Assembly: GCA_963796685.1 (NCBI GenBank)
Contig: CAWCMR010000015.1
Location: forward strand, 160,001-224,000
Direction of reading: 5' to 3'
Origin: an uncultured delta proteobacterium
Lineage (GTDB): Bacteria > Myxococcota_A > Polyangia > Fen-1088
Length of the DNA stretch: 64,000 nt
Made by a program: the position numbers and the translations under genes. The first letter of the stretch is position 1, and each line of letters starts with the position of its first letter. The notes under the pieces were generated by a model. That model saw only the letters and a list, made by a program, of their open reading frames with translations. It had not been told where the DNA came from and did no database searches. This document shows, in pieces, positions 1 to 9,017 of the stretch.

Positions 1-757
1 CGTAGGCCACCAGGGCCTCGTTCTTGACCTTGTCCGAGGTCCAGTCCTTGTACGCGTCCAGGATGAACTCCGGCCGGCGGTAGATGGGACCGTGGCTGGG
101 CGCGATGATCTCGGGCGCCATGGCGTCGATCTTCTGCAGGTAGGTCGGGTACTTCTGGCGGAAGGGCATCATGATTTCGGCGTAGTAGCGCTTGGCCGAG
201 AGGTACACGTGGTGCTCGTCGTCGGCGTACAGGGTGCCGGTGGCGAAGTGCGAGCCGAAAAAATCACAGGTGAAAAGGATTTTGTCCTCGCGCAGGAAGC
301 TGAACATGGTTTCGGGCCAGTGCACCCAGGGCGCGAACATGAACTGCAGGCTCTTGCCGCCGAGGTCCAGCACGGCGCCGTCGGTGATGATGTCGCACGA
401 CGTGGTGGGCACGCGTAGGTGGGTCGAGAGCAGGTCCATGCACTTCTGGTTGGTCACGACTCTGGCGCCGGGATAGCGCTCGAGGACGGCCGGGATGCTG
501 CCCGAGTGATCCTGTTCGGCGTGGTGGCAGACCACGTAGTCGATCTTGGTGACGCCCAGCTCGCCCAGGTTGGCGAACAGCTCTTTGGCCAGCCCCGGCT
601 CGACCGTGTCCACCAGCGCGACCCTGTCCCGGCCCTGCACGAGATAGGCGTTGTAGCTGGTGCCGAGGGGCAGGGGAATCAGCGAATCGAACAGGCGGCG
701 GTCCCAGTCGATTGCTCCGACCGAGTACACACCTGGTTTCATCTTGCGTGGTGCCAT
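1..757 (-). CDS. fprA: Flavodiiron protein (FprA/NorV-type A-type flavoprotein), 5' part; runs off the window edge
   Basis: Manual translation of the minus strand from ATG at 757: MAPRKMKPGVYSVGAIDWDRRLFDSLIPLPLGTSYNAYLV...HAEQDHSG...PWVHWPETMF...CDFFGSH. These are FDP motifs. SD-like GGAG upstream. Not in the ORF track because it has no stop in the window. Confidence 0.93.
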   Translation of the reverse strand, partial: MAPRKMKPGVYSVGAIDWDRRLFDSLIPLPLGTSYNAYLVQGRDRVALVDTVEPGLAKELFANLGELGVTKIDYVVCHHAEQDHSGSIPAVLERYPGARVVTNQKCMDLLSTHLRVPTTSCDIITDGAVLDLGGKSLQFMFAPWVHWPETMFSFLREDKILFTCDFFGSHFATGTLYADDEHHVYLSAKRYYAEIMMPFRQKYPTYLQKIDAMAPEIIAPSHGPIYRRPEFILDAYKDWTSDKVKNEALVAY

Positions 758-794
758 CGTCTAACTCCTTGGGTCGCCTGGCGGGTGGTGGCCG

Positions 795-956
795 TCAGCT
801 CATGGGGATGAATGCGTCCTTGGAAATACCACAGACCGGACACCGCCAGTCGTCGGGAATGTCCTCGAACGCCGTCCCAGGCGGAATGCCGTGTTCCGGG
901 TCGCCGAGGGCGGGATCGTATTCGTAGTCGCAGGCCGAGCAGACGTACTTCTTCAT
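795..956 (-). CDS. Rubredoxin
   Basis: [43 protein letters not shown]: two CxxC pairs in the classic rubredoxin pattern; SD AGGGA upstream. Confidence 0.96.
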   Translation of the reverse strand: MKKYVCSACDYEYDPALGDPEHGIPPGTAFEDIPDDWRCPVCGISKDAFIPMS

Positions 957-1055
957 GGCAGCAGCTTCCCTACCGCCCCTGGGGTCAAAGTTCAACGCTT
1001 CGTCGACGGCTTGCCCGTCGGCGCCTCGCAAGTCGACACCTTGCACCTCAGCAGC

Positions 1056-1083
1056 TTGATCGTCGGGCAGGACAGGGTAGGGT
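1056..1083 (+). promoter_or_regulatory. Putative sigma70-type promoter for aspA-hydF (possibly leaderless)
   Basis: TTGATC-16 nt-TAGGGT, ending 6 nt before ATG 1090; no SD. Confidence 0.4.
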
Positions 1084-1089
1084 TACGCG

Positions 1090-2502
1090 ATGGCCGACCC
1101 CACCCGCAAGGAACGCGACCTCCTCGGAGAACGCGAGGTGCCGGCGTCCGCCATGTGGGGCATCCATACCCTGCGCGCCGTCGAGAATTTTCCGCTTTCC
1201 GGCCGACGCGTATCCCCGGCCCTGGTCCATGCGTACGGGCTGGTCAAGCAGGCTTGCGCGCGCACGAACCGAGAGCTGGGCAGCCTGCCAGGCAAGGAGG
1301 CGCAGGCCATCGAGACCGCCGCCGCCGAGATGGCCGAGGGCAAGCTGGACGAGCACATCCGGGTGGATGCGTTGCAGGGCGGAGCGGGGACCTCGCTCAA
1401 CATGAACGTCAACGAGGTGCTGGCCAACCGCGCGCTGATTTTGCTCGGGCGGGGGCTGGGCGATTACGCGGCCATCGAGCCGCTCGACCATGTCAACATG
1501 CATCAGTCGACCAACGACACCTATCCCACGGCGCTGAAGGTGGCGGCCATCGCCAACCTGCACACCCTCGAAGCAGCCGTGGTCGAGCTGCAAGAGGCCT
1601 TTCAGCGCAAGGAGCGCGAGCTGGCCGACGTGGTGAAGGTCGGTCGCACGGAATTGCAGGATGCCGTGCTTACCACCCTGGGGCGCGAGATGGGCGCCTA
1701 CGCCGAGGCCTTCACGCGCGACCGCTGGCGCATCTACAAGTGCGAAGAACGCCTGCGCGTGGTCAATCTGGGCGGCACCGCCATCGGCACCGGTCTGGGC
1801 GCGCCGCGGGCCTACATCTTTCACGTCGTGGATGTCCTGCGCGAGCTGACGGGCTTCGGCTTGGCGCGCGCCGAGAACCTGGTCGAGGCGACGCAAAACG
1901 CCGACGTCTTCGTGGAGGTGAGCGGCATCCTCAAGGCCTGCGCCAGCAGCTTGTGGAAGGTGTGCTCGGATCTTCGTTTGCTCTCGTCCGGCCCCAGCGC
2001 CGGACTCGGCGAGATTCGTTTGCCGCCGCGCCAGGCGGGCTCGTCCATCATGCCGGGCAAGGTGAACCCCGTCGTCCCCGAGGCCGTCACCCAGGCGGCG
2101 ATGCAGGTCATCGCCAACGACCAGGCCATTACGCTGGCGGCGTCGTCGGGCTCGCTCGAGCTCAATCCCTTCCTGCCGCTGGTCGCGGACGCCCTGCTCG
2201 GCAGCCTGGATCTGCTCACCGCGGCCTGTCGCATCCTGGCGCGCGAGTGCGTGTCGGGCATCGAGGCCGACGTGGAACAGTGTCACGCCCACGTGCACGG
2301 GGGAACGGCGGCGCTGACCGCATTGGTCGATCGCATCGGCCACGCGGCCTGCAACGACCTGTCGCGCGCCGTCGACGCCGGTGAAGGCACCTTGCGCGAC
2401 CTGGTCGTGCGCCGGGGCCTGCTCACGGCCGAGGAGTACAACCATCTCACCTCACCCGGACGGGTGAACCAACTTGGCCATCGCAGCAAGGAGATCGAAT
2501 GA
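1090..2502 (+). CDS. aspA: Aspartate ammonia-lyase (fumarase/aspartase superfamily)
   Basis: GGAGTSLNMNVNEV, HQSTNDTYPT and GSSIMPGKVNP signature motifs. Confidence 0.93.
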   Translation: MADPTRKERDLLGEREVPASAMWGIHTLRAVENFPLSGRRVSPALVHAYGLVKQACARTNRELGSLPGKEAQAIETAAAEMAEGKLDEHIRVDALQGGAGTSLNMNVNEVLANRALILLGRGLGDYAAIEPLDHVNMHQSTNDTYPTALKVAAIANLHTLEAAVVELQEAFQRKERELADVVKVGRTELQDAVLTTLGREMGAYAEAFTRDRWRIYKCEERLRVVNLGGTAIGTGLGAPRAYIFHVVDVLRELTGFGLARAENLVEATQNADVFVEVSGILKACASSLWKVCSDLRLLSSGPSAGLGEIRLPPRQAGSSIMPGKVNPVVPEAVTQAAMQVIANDQAITLAASSGSLELNPFLPLVADALLGSLDLLTAACRILARECVSGIEADVEQCHAHVHGGTAALTALVDRIGHAACNDLSRAVDAGEGTLRDLVVRRGLLTAEEYNHLTSPGRVNQLGHRSKEIE

Positions 2503-3761
2503 ACGCGGCACCTCGTGGAGTACGTTTGCACATCGGGATCTTCGGCCGGCGCAACGTCGGCAAGTCGTCCCTTCTCAACGCCCTGACCCGGCAACAGGTG
2601 TCGATTGTTTCTCCCGAGCCCGGCACGACCACCGATCCCGTGGAAAAGCCCATGGAGCTTCTGCCGCTCGGGCCCGTGCTGTTCATCGATACCGCCGGCC
2701 TCGACGATGTCGGTGCTCTCGGCGCCCAGCGCGTGGGGCGGACGATGAAGGTGTTGGAGCGAACGGATCTCGCCATCCTCGTGCTGGCCGAAGAGGGGCT
2801 CGGCAGCTTGGAAGTGGGCCTTCTCGACGCGTTCGAGCAGCGCAAGATTCCGGTCCTGCCGGTGCTCAACAAGACTGATCTGGCCAAACCCGCGGACGCA
2901 ACCCTGGATCGACTGCTGCATCGCGGCCTCAAGCCGGTCGTGGCCAGCGCGGTCAGCGGACAGGGAATGGCCGAGATTCGCGAGGCCCTCGTCGACCTGG
3001 CCCCCGACGAGTACCTCAACGCGCCCACGATTTTGTCCGATCTGGTGCCGCCCGGCGAGTGCGCGGTGTTGGTCGTGCCGGTGGACAAGGAGGCGCCCAA
3101 GGGCCGCCTGATTCTTCCTCAGTCGCAAGCCATCCGCGATCTGCTCGACAACGATTCCTACGCCATCGTCGTGAAAGAGCGCGAGCTGCGCGATGTTCTG
3201 GACCGGCTCAAGCGCAAGCCAGCCCTGGTCGTGACCGATTCGCAGGCATTTCTGAAGGTCGCCGCCGACACTCCGCTCGACGTACCCATGACCTCGTTTT
3301 CGATCTTGTTCGCCAGACAAAAGGGCGACTTGCTGCAATTCGCGCGCGGCGCCCTGGCCATCGACAGCCTGAAGCCGGGCGACCGTATCGCCATGGCCGA
3401 GGCCTGCTCGCACCATCCCATCGGCGAGGACATCGGTCGCGTGAAGATTCCGCGCTGGCTCGGCCAATACATCGGCGGCTCGCTGGACGTCCAGCAGGTG
3501 CAGGGGCGCGACTTCATCTCCGACCCCAAGGAATTCAAGCTCGTGATTCACTGCGGGTCGTGCATGCTCAATCGTCGTGAGGTCCTGTCGCGCATCTTCG
3601 CCTGCGAACGGGCCGGCGTTCCCATCACCAACTATGGAATGGCCATCGCGTACAGCCTGGGGATCTTCGAGCGCGCCCTTCAGCCTTTTCCGGCGGCCCT
3701 CGATGCCTACCACCAGGCGCAGGCGGCGCGCGGTGCCAAGCGCATGCAGCCCGTGCCGTAG
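2499..3761 (+). CDS. hydF: [FeFe]-hydrogenase H-cluster maturation GTPase HydF
   Basis: P-loop GRRNVGKSS, GTTTDPV, DTAG, NKTD, APKGRLILPQ, and FeS ligand motif EACSHH...IHCGSC; ATGA overlap with the aspA stop. Confidence 0.96.
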   Translation: MNAAPRGVRLHIGIFGRRNVGKSSLLNALTRQQVSIVSPEPGTTTDPVEKPMELLPLGPVLFIDTAGLDDVGALGAQRVGRTMKVLERTDLAILVLAEEGLGSLEVGLLDAFEQRKIPVLPVLNKTDLAKPADATLDRLLHRGLKPVVASAVSGQGMAEIREALVDLAPDEYLNAPTILSDLVPPGECAVLVVPVDKEAPKGRLILPQSQAIRDLLDNDSYAIVVKERELRDVLDRLKRKPALVVTDSQAFLKVAADTPLDVPMTSFSILFARQKGDLLQFARGALAIDSLKPGDRIAMAEACSHHPIGEDIGRVKIPRWLGQYIGGSLDVQQVQGRDFISDPKEFKLVIHCGSCMLNRREVLSRIFACERAGVPITNYGMAIAYSLGIFERALQPFPAALDAYHQAQAARGAKRMQPVP

Positions 3762-4026
3762 GTGGTCGGTGGCAAACCTGGCGCCGAGCGCCTGGATACC
3801 CGCACTTTCGGCGATGTCTCTCCGTGCTCCATGGGTCTACGACGGCGACCGGGCCCATGGCAGGGGCGACGGAGTGGCCGGCTTTCGCGCTGGTCTGCTG
3901 GGTCACAGGTCTTGTCGACTCGCCCAGTGATGAGCGCGAAAGAGCGAAAACAGAAGTTGCCTGGCCTGGCCTGAATTTTCCGGGCTCGCGGTACTTGCAA
4001 GGAGCGACCTGCGCAAGGAGAAAAGC

Positions 4027-4968
4027 ATGAGTAGTCCCCGCGTGATTTCGACAGTGGCGTTGCTCTTTTCGGCAACTCTCTTCCTAGGCTGTAACGCTGG
4101 CACCCCATCGGGAGCGACGGGAACCGGTGGCAAAGCCGGTTCAGATGCCGGCGGCTCGGGATTCGGAGGAGCTCCAAGCGCAGGTGGCAGCTCGGGGGCG
4201 GGCGGCGCCTCTTCCACTGGTGGGAGCGTCGCGAGCGGCGGGAACCCGGGTGGTTCGGGCGGCAGATCGGGCCAGGGGGGCGCTTCTTCCATAGGAGGGG
4301 GCGTCGGAAACGGTGGTGACTCGGGCATGGGCGGCAGCACGGCCATGGGCGGCAGATCGGGCCAGGGGGGCGCTTCTTCCACAGGAGGGAGCATGGGCAG
4401 TGGTGGCATGTCTTCGAGTGGTGGAAACCAGGACACCGGCGGGAACATGGGCTCGGGTGGCAGCAAGCTCGACGCGGGGACAACCAGCCGTCCGGACACC
4501 GGCTTGGGTGGGTCGACGAGCACGGGTGGTGGTGGATCCGCTGGGATGGTCGGGTCAGGCGGCAGAGGCTCGGGAGGCATGACCGGCGCAGGTGGCACCT
4601 CGTCATCGTTCTGGCCCAGCGCCTACACGGCCACGACCGGAGCGAGCGGCATGAACACCGGACAGGACTGCATGAGCTCGTGTCACAACCACGGCTTCGC
4701 GCTCGGCGGAACCGTCTACGACTCGGCTGGCAAACCGAAGTCCCAGGTGGAAATTGGCGTCAAGATGACGAGTGGCCAGTTCATCTCCGTGTTCTCGGGT
4801 AGCGATGGCAACTTCCACTACTCCGGCTCCGGCCTCAACTTGGCCAGTGCGGACATCCGCGTTCGTGACGCCAACGGTGAATCGCAAATGCCGGTCAACT
4901 CCGCCTCGTCCGGCGCTTGCAACTCGTGCCACACGGGCACGGGTACGGCGCGCATCTCGGCTCCTTAG
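4027..4968 (+). CDS. Lipoprotein with Gly/Ser-rich linker and C-terminal putative c-type di-heme domain
   Basis: Lipobox LFLGC, long GGSS/GGAG linker, then CMSSCH and CNSCH; SD AAGGAG. Confidence 0.75.
   Translation: MSSPRVISTVALLFSATLFLGCNAGTPSGATGTGGKAGSDAGGSGFGGAPSAGGSSGAGGASSTGGSVASGGNPGGSGGRSGQGGASSIGGGVGNGGDSGMGGSTAMGGRSGQGGASSTGGSMGSGGMSSSGGNQDTGGNMGSGGSKLDAGTTSRPDTGLGGSTSTGGGGSAGMVGSGGRGSGGMTGAGGTSSSFWPSAYTATTGASGMNTGQDCMSSCHNHGFALGGTVYDSAGKPKSQVEIGVKMTSGQFISVFSGSDGNFHYSGSGLNLASADIRVRDANGESQMPVNSASSGACNSCHTGTGTARISAP
4257..4381 (+). repeat. Exact 35-bp direct repeat, two copies 90 bp apart, in the lipoprotein linker
   Basis: gggcggcagatcgggccaggggggcgcttcttcca at 4257-4291 and 4347-4381 (GGRSGQGGASS twice). 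Confidence 0.9.
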
Positions 4969-5000
4969 CGGACGTCACGGTATCCTGGACGCGCGGAGGG

Positions 5001-5822
5001 TTAGGCTCGTAGCCGGTAGTACACCGCGCCCCGGAATTCCTCACGCACGAGGCGATCGGTGAGAGGCAGGATCGATTCGGCGGCTCCCACGATCAGAAAT
5101 CCCTCCGGGGCCATGACCTTGAGGATGCGGTCGAGGACACGTTTGCGATCGGCTTCGGAAAAATAGATGAGCACGTTGCGCAGAAGCACGATCTCCGCGC
5201 GCCCGGGGAAGGGCGGGCGTGTTCCGAGCAGATTGTCGGTTTGGAAGCGACAGACAGAGCGCAATTCGTCGCTGACGCGAAAGCGATCGCCCATCTTGAC
5301 GAAGTACTTCGCGACCTCGCTTTGGGTCAGCCCGCGCTGAAGGTCGAAGGCGGTGAAATCGCCCTTGTTGGCGGCGTTGACGACGGCCTCGGAGATGTCG
5401 GTGCCAAGAATTCGAACCCGGGTTTGCGATAAATCGAACAGCAGCTCCTTGAGAACCATGGTCAGGCTGTAGGCTTCCTGGCCGGTGGACGAAGCTGCGC
5501 TCCAGATGGTCAGAGGCCGTTTGGTGTTGTCGCCGAACAGCTCGGGAAGCAGCTTGAACTTGATCAGATCGAAGTACTTGCGGTCGCGAAAGAAGAACGT
5601 CTCGTTGGTGCTGACCGCATCCACCACACGCCGCTCCAACCTTGGGTCCTGCCGCGCCTGGCGCAGAACCTCGCCGTATCCCTTGCCACCGAGCTCGCCT
5701 TCGATGTCCTGCAGGCGGGTTTCAAGCAGGTACTTTTTCGAGGCATCGAGCTGTATTCCCGTTAGGCCGTAAATGTAGTCCTTGAAAGAGGCGAGCTCTT
5801 GGTCGGTCATCGGAGGCGGCAT
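5001..5822 (-). CDS. cheR: Chemotaxis protein-glutamate O-methyltransferase CheR
   Basis: STNETFFFRD, IWSAASSTGQEAYS, GTDIS, RNVLIYF and GAAES motifs. Confidence 0.95.
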   Translation of the reverse strand: MPPPMTDQELASFKDYIYGLTGIQLDASKKYLLETRLQDIEGELGGKGYGEVLRQARQDPRLERRVVDAVSTNETFFFRDRKYFDLIKFKLLPELFGDNTKRPLTIWSAASSTGQEAYSLTMVLKELLFDLSQTRVRILGTDISEAVVNAANKGDFTAFDLQRGLTQSEVAKYFVKMGDRFRVSDELRSVCRFQTDNLLGTRPPFPGRAEIVLLRNVLIYFSEADRKRVLDRILKVMAPEGFLIVGAAESILPLTDRLVREEFRGAVYYRLRA

Positions 5823-5847
5823 GGCGAGGCGTCCGCTCTTCCTTGAG

Positions 5848-6888
5848 CTAGCCCGCCAAGCTGGCGATGCGATCCGCAATGCGGTCCAGCGGCAACTGTA
5901 CCTCGACCGCACCAATCTGATATGCCTCTCGCGGCATGCCATACACGGTGCATGTGGCCGCATCCTGGCCGATGGTCGCGGCACCTGCCTTTCGCATGGC
6001 TAGAAGTCCCTGCGCCCCGTCCTGTCCCATGCCGGTAAGGATCACCCCGACGGCGCTTGCACGATAGAGAGTGGCCAGCGAGCGGAACAGGTAGTCGACC
6101 GCGGGTCGGCAGAAGTGTTCCGGCGGATCGGAGGTGAGATCGATGCGCTTGCCGGCAGCGTCGTCCACCACGCGCATGTGCTTGCCGCCCGGGGCGATGT
6201 AGACGGTGCCCGGCTGCAAGGCCATGCCGTGATCGGCTTGCACGACCTGGATGGCGCACTTGGCGGCCATGGCCTCGGCCAACGATGCGGTGAACAGCGG
6301 CGGCATGTGCTGAACCAAAACCACCGGGACAGACAGGTTGGCCGGCAATCGCGGCAGTAGGTCGGCCAAGGCCTGCGGCCCACCCGTCGACGTGCCGATA
6401 CCGATGATCTTCGGGCGGGCCGTTGCCTTGTGCTCGAAGGTGGCCGCCGGCTGCGGCGCATGGTCGACGACCGCCGGAGTGCGCTTGGCGGCGATGGCGT
6501 CGAACACCGAGGACAGTTGTTGGCGTAGGATTTCCCGGTTCTTGTCGGGACTGGTTTCCTCGGGCTTGGTGATGAAGGTGAAGGCACCGAGGCCGAGGGC
6601 GCGGATGGTGACCTCCGCGCTTCGATGGGTCATGGAGCTGACCATGATGACCTCGGTCTGGCCCAGGCGGGGGCGCAGCTTCTCCAGCGCTTGCAGGCCG
6701 TCCAGCACCGGCATCTCCACATCCAAGGTGATGACGTCGGGGTTGCAGGCGTCGAACTTGTCGATGGCTTCCTGGCCGTTGGCCGCCAGTGCAACGATGC
6801 GGGCGGCGGGAAGTCTTTGCAGCGAATCCACGAGGACCGAGCGGAAGGCCAGCGAGTCGTCGGCTACCAGGACGCGCAGTTGACGCAT
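5848..6888 (-). CDS. cheB: Chemotaxis methylesterase CheB (REC + esterase)
   Basis: MRQLRVLVADDS...TLDVEMP REC domain; GTSTGGP, VQHMP and LTGMGQDGA esterase motifs. Confidence 0.95.
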   Translation of the reverse strand: MRQLRVLVADDSLAFRSVLVDSLQRLPAARIVALAANGQEAIDKFDACNPDVITLDVEMPVLDGLQALEKLRPRLGQTEVIMVSSMTHRSAEVTIRALGLGAFTFITKPEETSPDKNREILRQQLSSVFDAIAAKRTPAVVDHAPQPAATFEHKATARPKIIGIGTSTGGPQALADLLPRLPANLSVPVVLVQHMPPLFTASLAEAMAAKCAIQVVQADHGMALQPGTVYIAPGGKHMRVVDDAAGKRIDLTSDPPEHFCRPAVDYLFRSLATLYRASAVGVILTGMGQDGAQGLLAMRKAGAATIGQDAATCTVYGMPREAYQIGAVEVQLPLDRIADRIASLAG

Positions 6889-6899
6889 GGTGATTCCAG

Positions 6900-7353
6900 T
6901 CAGGGGGAGGTTCTGGGATTGCGCTCCACGATCCGGCTGTGATCGAGAATGGCGACCAGAGTCTGGTCGAGCTTGAGGACGCCGCGGAAGAGTCCCGCTC
7001 CACACCCACCAGGTTGTCGGGAGCGGGCGCGATGGAACCCGGCTCGGCGCGCACGATGTCGTCCACATCGTCGACGAGAAGTCCCAGAGCTCGTCTCGGT
7101 GGGGCACGATGATGACCAGGGATGGGCCACCAGCAGCTACCGCGAAGCCGAGCTTTCGGCGGACATCGATGATGGTGACGATGCGGCCGCGCATGTTCAC
7201 CACCCCGCGGACCTCCGGCGGGGCGCGATGCACGGCTGTGATCTGGTGGATGCGCTTGATCTCCTGGACGTCGACGATGTCCAGTCCGCACAGCATGTCG
7301 CGCACGCGGAACGTGACGATGTCGGCTGCGGCGGTGAACGAATCGACGGGCAT
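6900..7353 (-). CDS. cheW: Chemotaxis coupling protein CheW (two apparent single-base deletions near 7090 and 6990)
   Basis: VQEI...GVVNMRGRIVTIID in one frame continues as LGLLVDDVDDIV in a second frame and LFRGVLKLDQTLVAILD* in a third. Confidence 0.85.
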
Positions 7354-7357
7354 GGGC

Positions 7358-8983
7358 TCAGTCGATCCCGTGGGCGCGCAGGCTGGGACCGTACTCGCGA
7401 TCCATGACCAGGATGTGCGTGGTCAGCCAATCCTTGAGGAAGGTCAGCACCTCCAGCAAGTCGACCTCGCCGCCGCGATCCAAGGTCGCGATGATCTCGG
7501 CGACCTTGCCCAGCAACTTCTCGTGCGCAGCCTTCTGTTGGGGTAACCCGGCATAGCTGGCGGCCTGCATGGCTTCCTCTTCGCGCTGGAAGTGCCGTCG
7601 GGTGAAGTCACCCAGCTCCTTGAGCGTGGGCAGGAGGGACGACCCGTCGCTCTTCTCCTTGACGCGCTGATGGATGGTGTTGATGTACGCGAAGATACGT
7701 TTGTGGTCGTCGTTCATCTGCGTGCTCATCACGTCGAAATCATCGGTGAACCGGCACAGTTGCAGGGTAGCGTTCTTGCCCTGGTTGGCCACGTGGGCGG
7801 GCAGCTTGACGGTCGCCACCGTGCGCTTGATGTCCGCGCCTTGGCTGACCACTTCCAGTGCCTGTGCGTACGAGGCCGCTGCGTCGGCTTTCACCTCCAG
7901 GGCGTTGCGGTTGAGGCTGGACATGGACTGGGCTACCGCCGAGGAGAGATTGGTGACGTCGAGAATGCTCTTGCTCACGTCCTGGACCGCCACCGCGCCC
8001 TCGCTGACATTGTTGCTCATCTCCTTGATGCGCTCCGTGGTGCTGACCACGTTCTGGCCGATGCTGTCGGTGGTCACCGACTGCTCTTCCGCCGCCGCGG
8101 CGATGGAGGTCACGGCCGCGTTGACTTCCTTCATCACGTCGTTGATGGCGCGGATGGCGTCCGAGGTGCGGCGGGCGACCTCGTGGATGATCCCGATCTT
8201 GCCCTGAATGCCCTTGGTCGCGGCGTTGGTCTGCGACGCGAGATCCTTGACCTCCTTGGCAACCACCGCGAAGCCCTTGCCCATCTCGCCCGCGCGCGCC
8301 GCTTCGATGGTCGCGTTGAGGGCCAGCAACTTGGTCTGGTCCGAGATCTCCGAAATCGTGGCAGTCACCGCGTCGATGGCCTGGGCCGCGTCGTTCAGCT
8401 CGCTGACCAGGGACAGGGCGCTGGTCACGTCCGCCATGGCCTTCTTGCTGATGGTGGTGGCGCGCGCGGTGTTCTCCGCGATATCGCGAGAAGCGGTGGT
8501 CAGCTCCTTGATGCTGAGCTGGACCGAATCCACATTCGAATTGGACTGGCGCGCGGCGCTGGCGATGGATTGCATGTTGGCATTGAGCTCTTCCGTCGAC
8601 GCCGATACCGAATTCATGTTGTGGCGCATCTCCTCGGTCGAGGCCACTGCGGCGGCGATGGTCTTTTGCATGGCCACCGCGTTGTCGCGCAAGGCTTTCG
8701 CGGTGGAATTGGTCGTGGCGGAGGACCGATCGATGAGCGTCGAGCTGGTCAAGATCTCGCCGAAGGCCACCACCAAGCGCTCGGCCATTTGGTGCAGGGC
8801 CGCCAGCAGAGGATCCTTGGCCAAGCGGTCCGCGTCGAAATTCAGGACCAAGTTGCCCTTGGCGATCTCCTGGATGAGAGCGATGGCCTCGCTGCTATCG
8901 GCCGCCGCACGTGGCGTGCCGGCCGTGCTCGCGCGAGATTTGCCGTTCCGCTTGGGCTGGGTCCGACTCGTCACTTGGTGCAT
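7358..8983 (-). CDS. Cytoplasmic methyl-accepting chemotaxis protein with C-terminal bacteriohemerythrin domain
   Basis: [34 protein letters not shown] signalling tip; no TM segment; C-terminal DDHK...HFQREE...KAAH...[10 protein letters not shown]. Confidence 0.92.
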   Translation of the reverse strand: MHQVTSRTQPKRNGKSRASTAGTPRAAADSSEAIALIQEIAKGNLVLNFDADRLAKDPLLAALHQMAERLVVAFGEILTSSTLIDRSSATTNSTAKALRDNAVAMQKTIAAAVASTEEMRHNMNSVSASTEELNANMQSIASAARQSNSNVDSVQLSIKELTTASRDIAENTARATTISKKAMADVTSALSLVSELNDAAQAIDAVTATISEISDQTKLLALNATIEAARAGEMGKGFAVVAKEVKDLASQTNAATKGIQGKIGIIHEVARRTSDAIRAINDVMKEVNAAVTSIAAAAEEQSVTTDSIGQNVVSTTERIKEMSNNVSEGAVAVQDVSKSILDVTNLSSAVAQSMSSLNRNALEVKADAAASYAQALEVVSQGADIKRTVATVKLPAHVANQGKNATLQLCRFTDDFDVMSTQMNDDHKRIFAYINTIHQRVKEKSDGSSLLPTLKELGDFTRRHFQREEEAMQAASYAGLPQQKAAHEKLLGKVAEIIATLDRGGEVDLLEVLTFLKDWLTTHILVMDREYGPSLRAHGID

Positions 8984-9017
8984 TTTTCGATCCTCCGTCC
9001 TTGATGAAAGCGAGGCG

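Noticed and set aside
3970-4005. Possible sigma54 promoter upstream of the heme lipoprotein
   Set aside because: GG...GC spacing does not fit the -24/-12 consensus.
5848-7353. Apparent CheW-CheB fusion (501-aa ORF)
   Set aside because: CheW homology leaves this frame near 7090 and finishes in other frames with its own stop at 6900; the read-through is an indel artefact.
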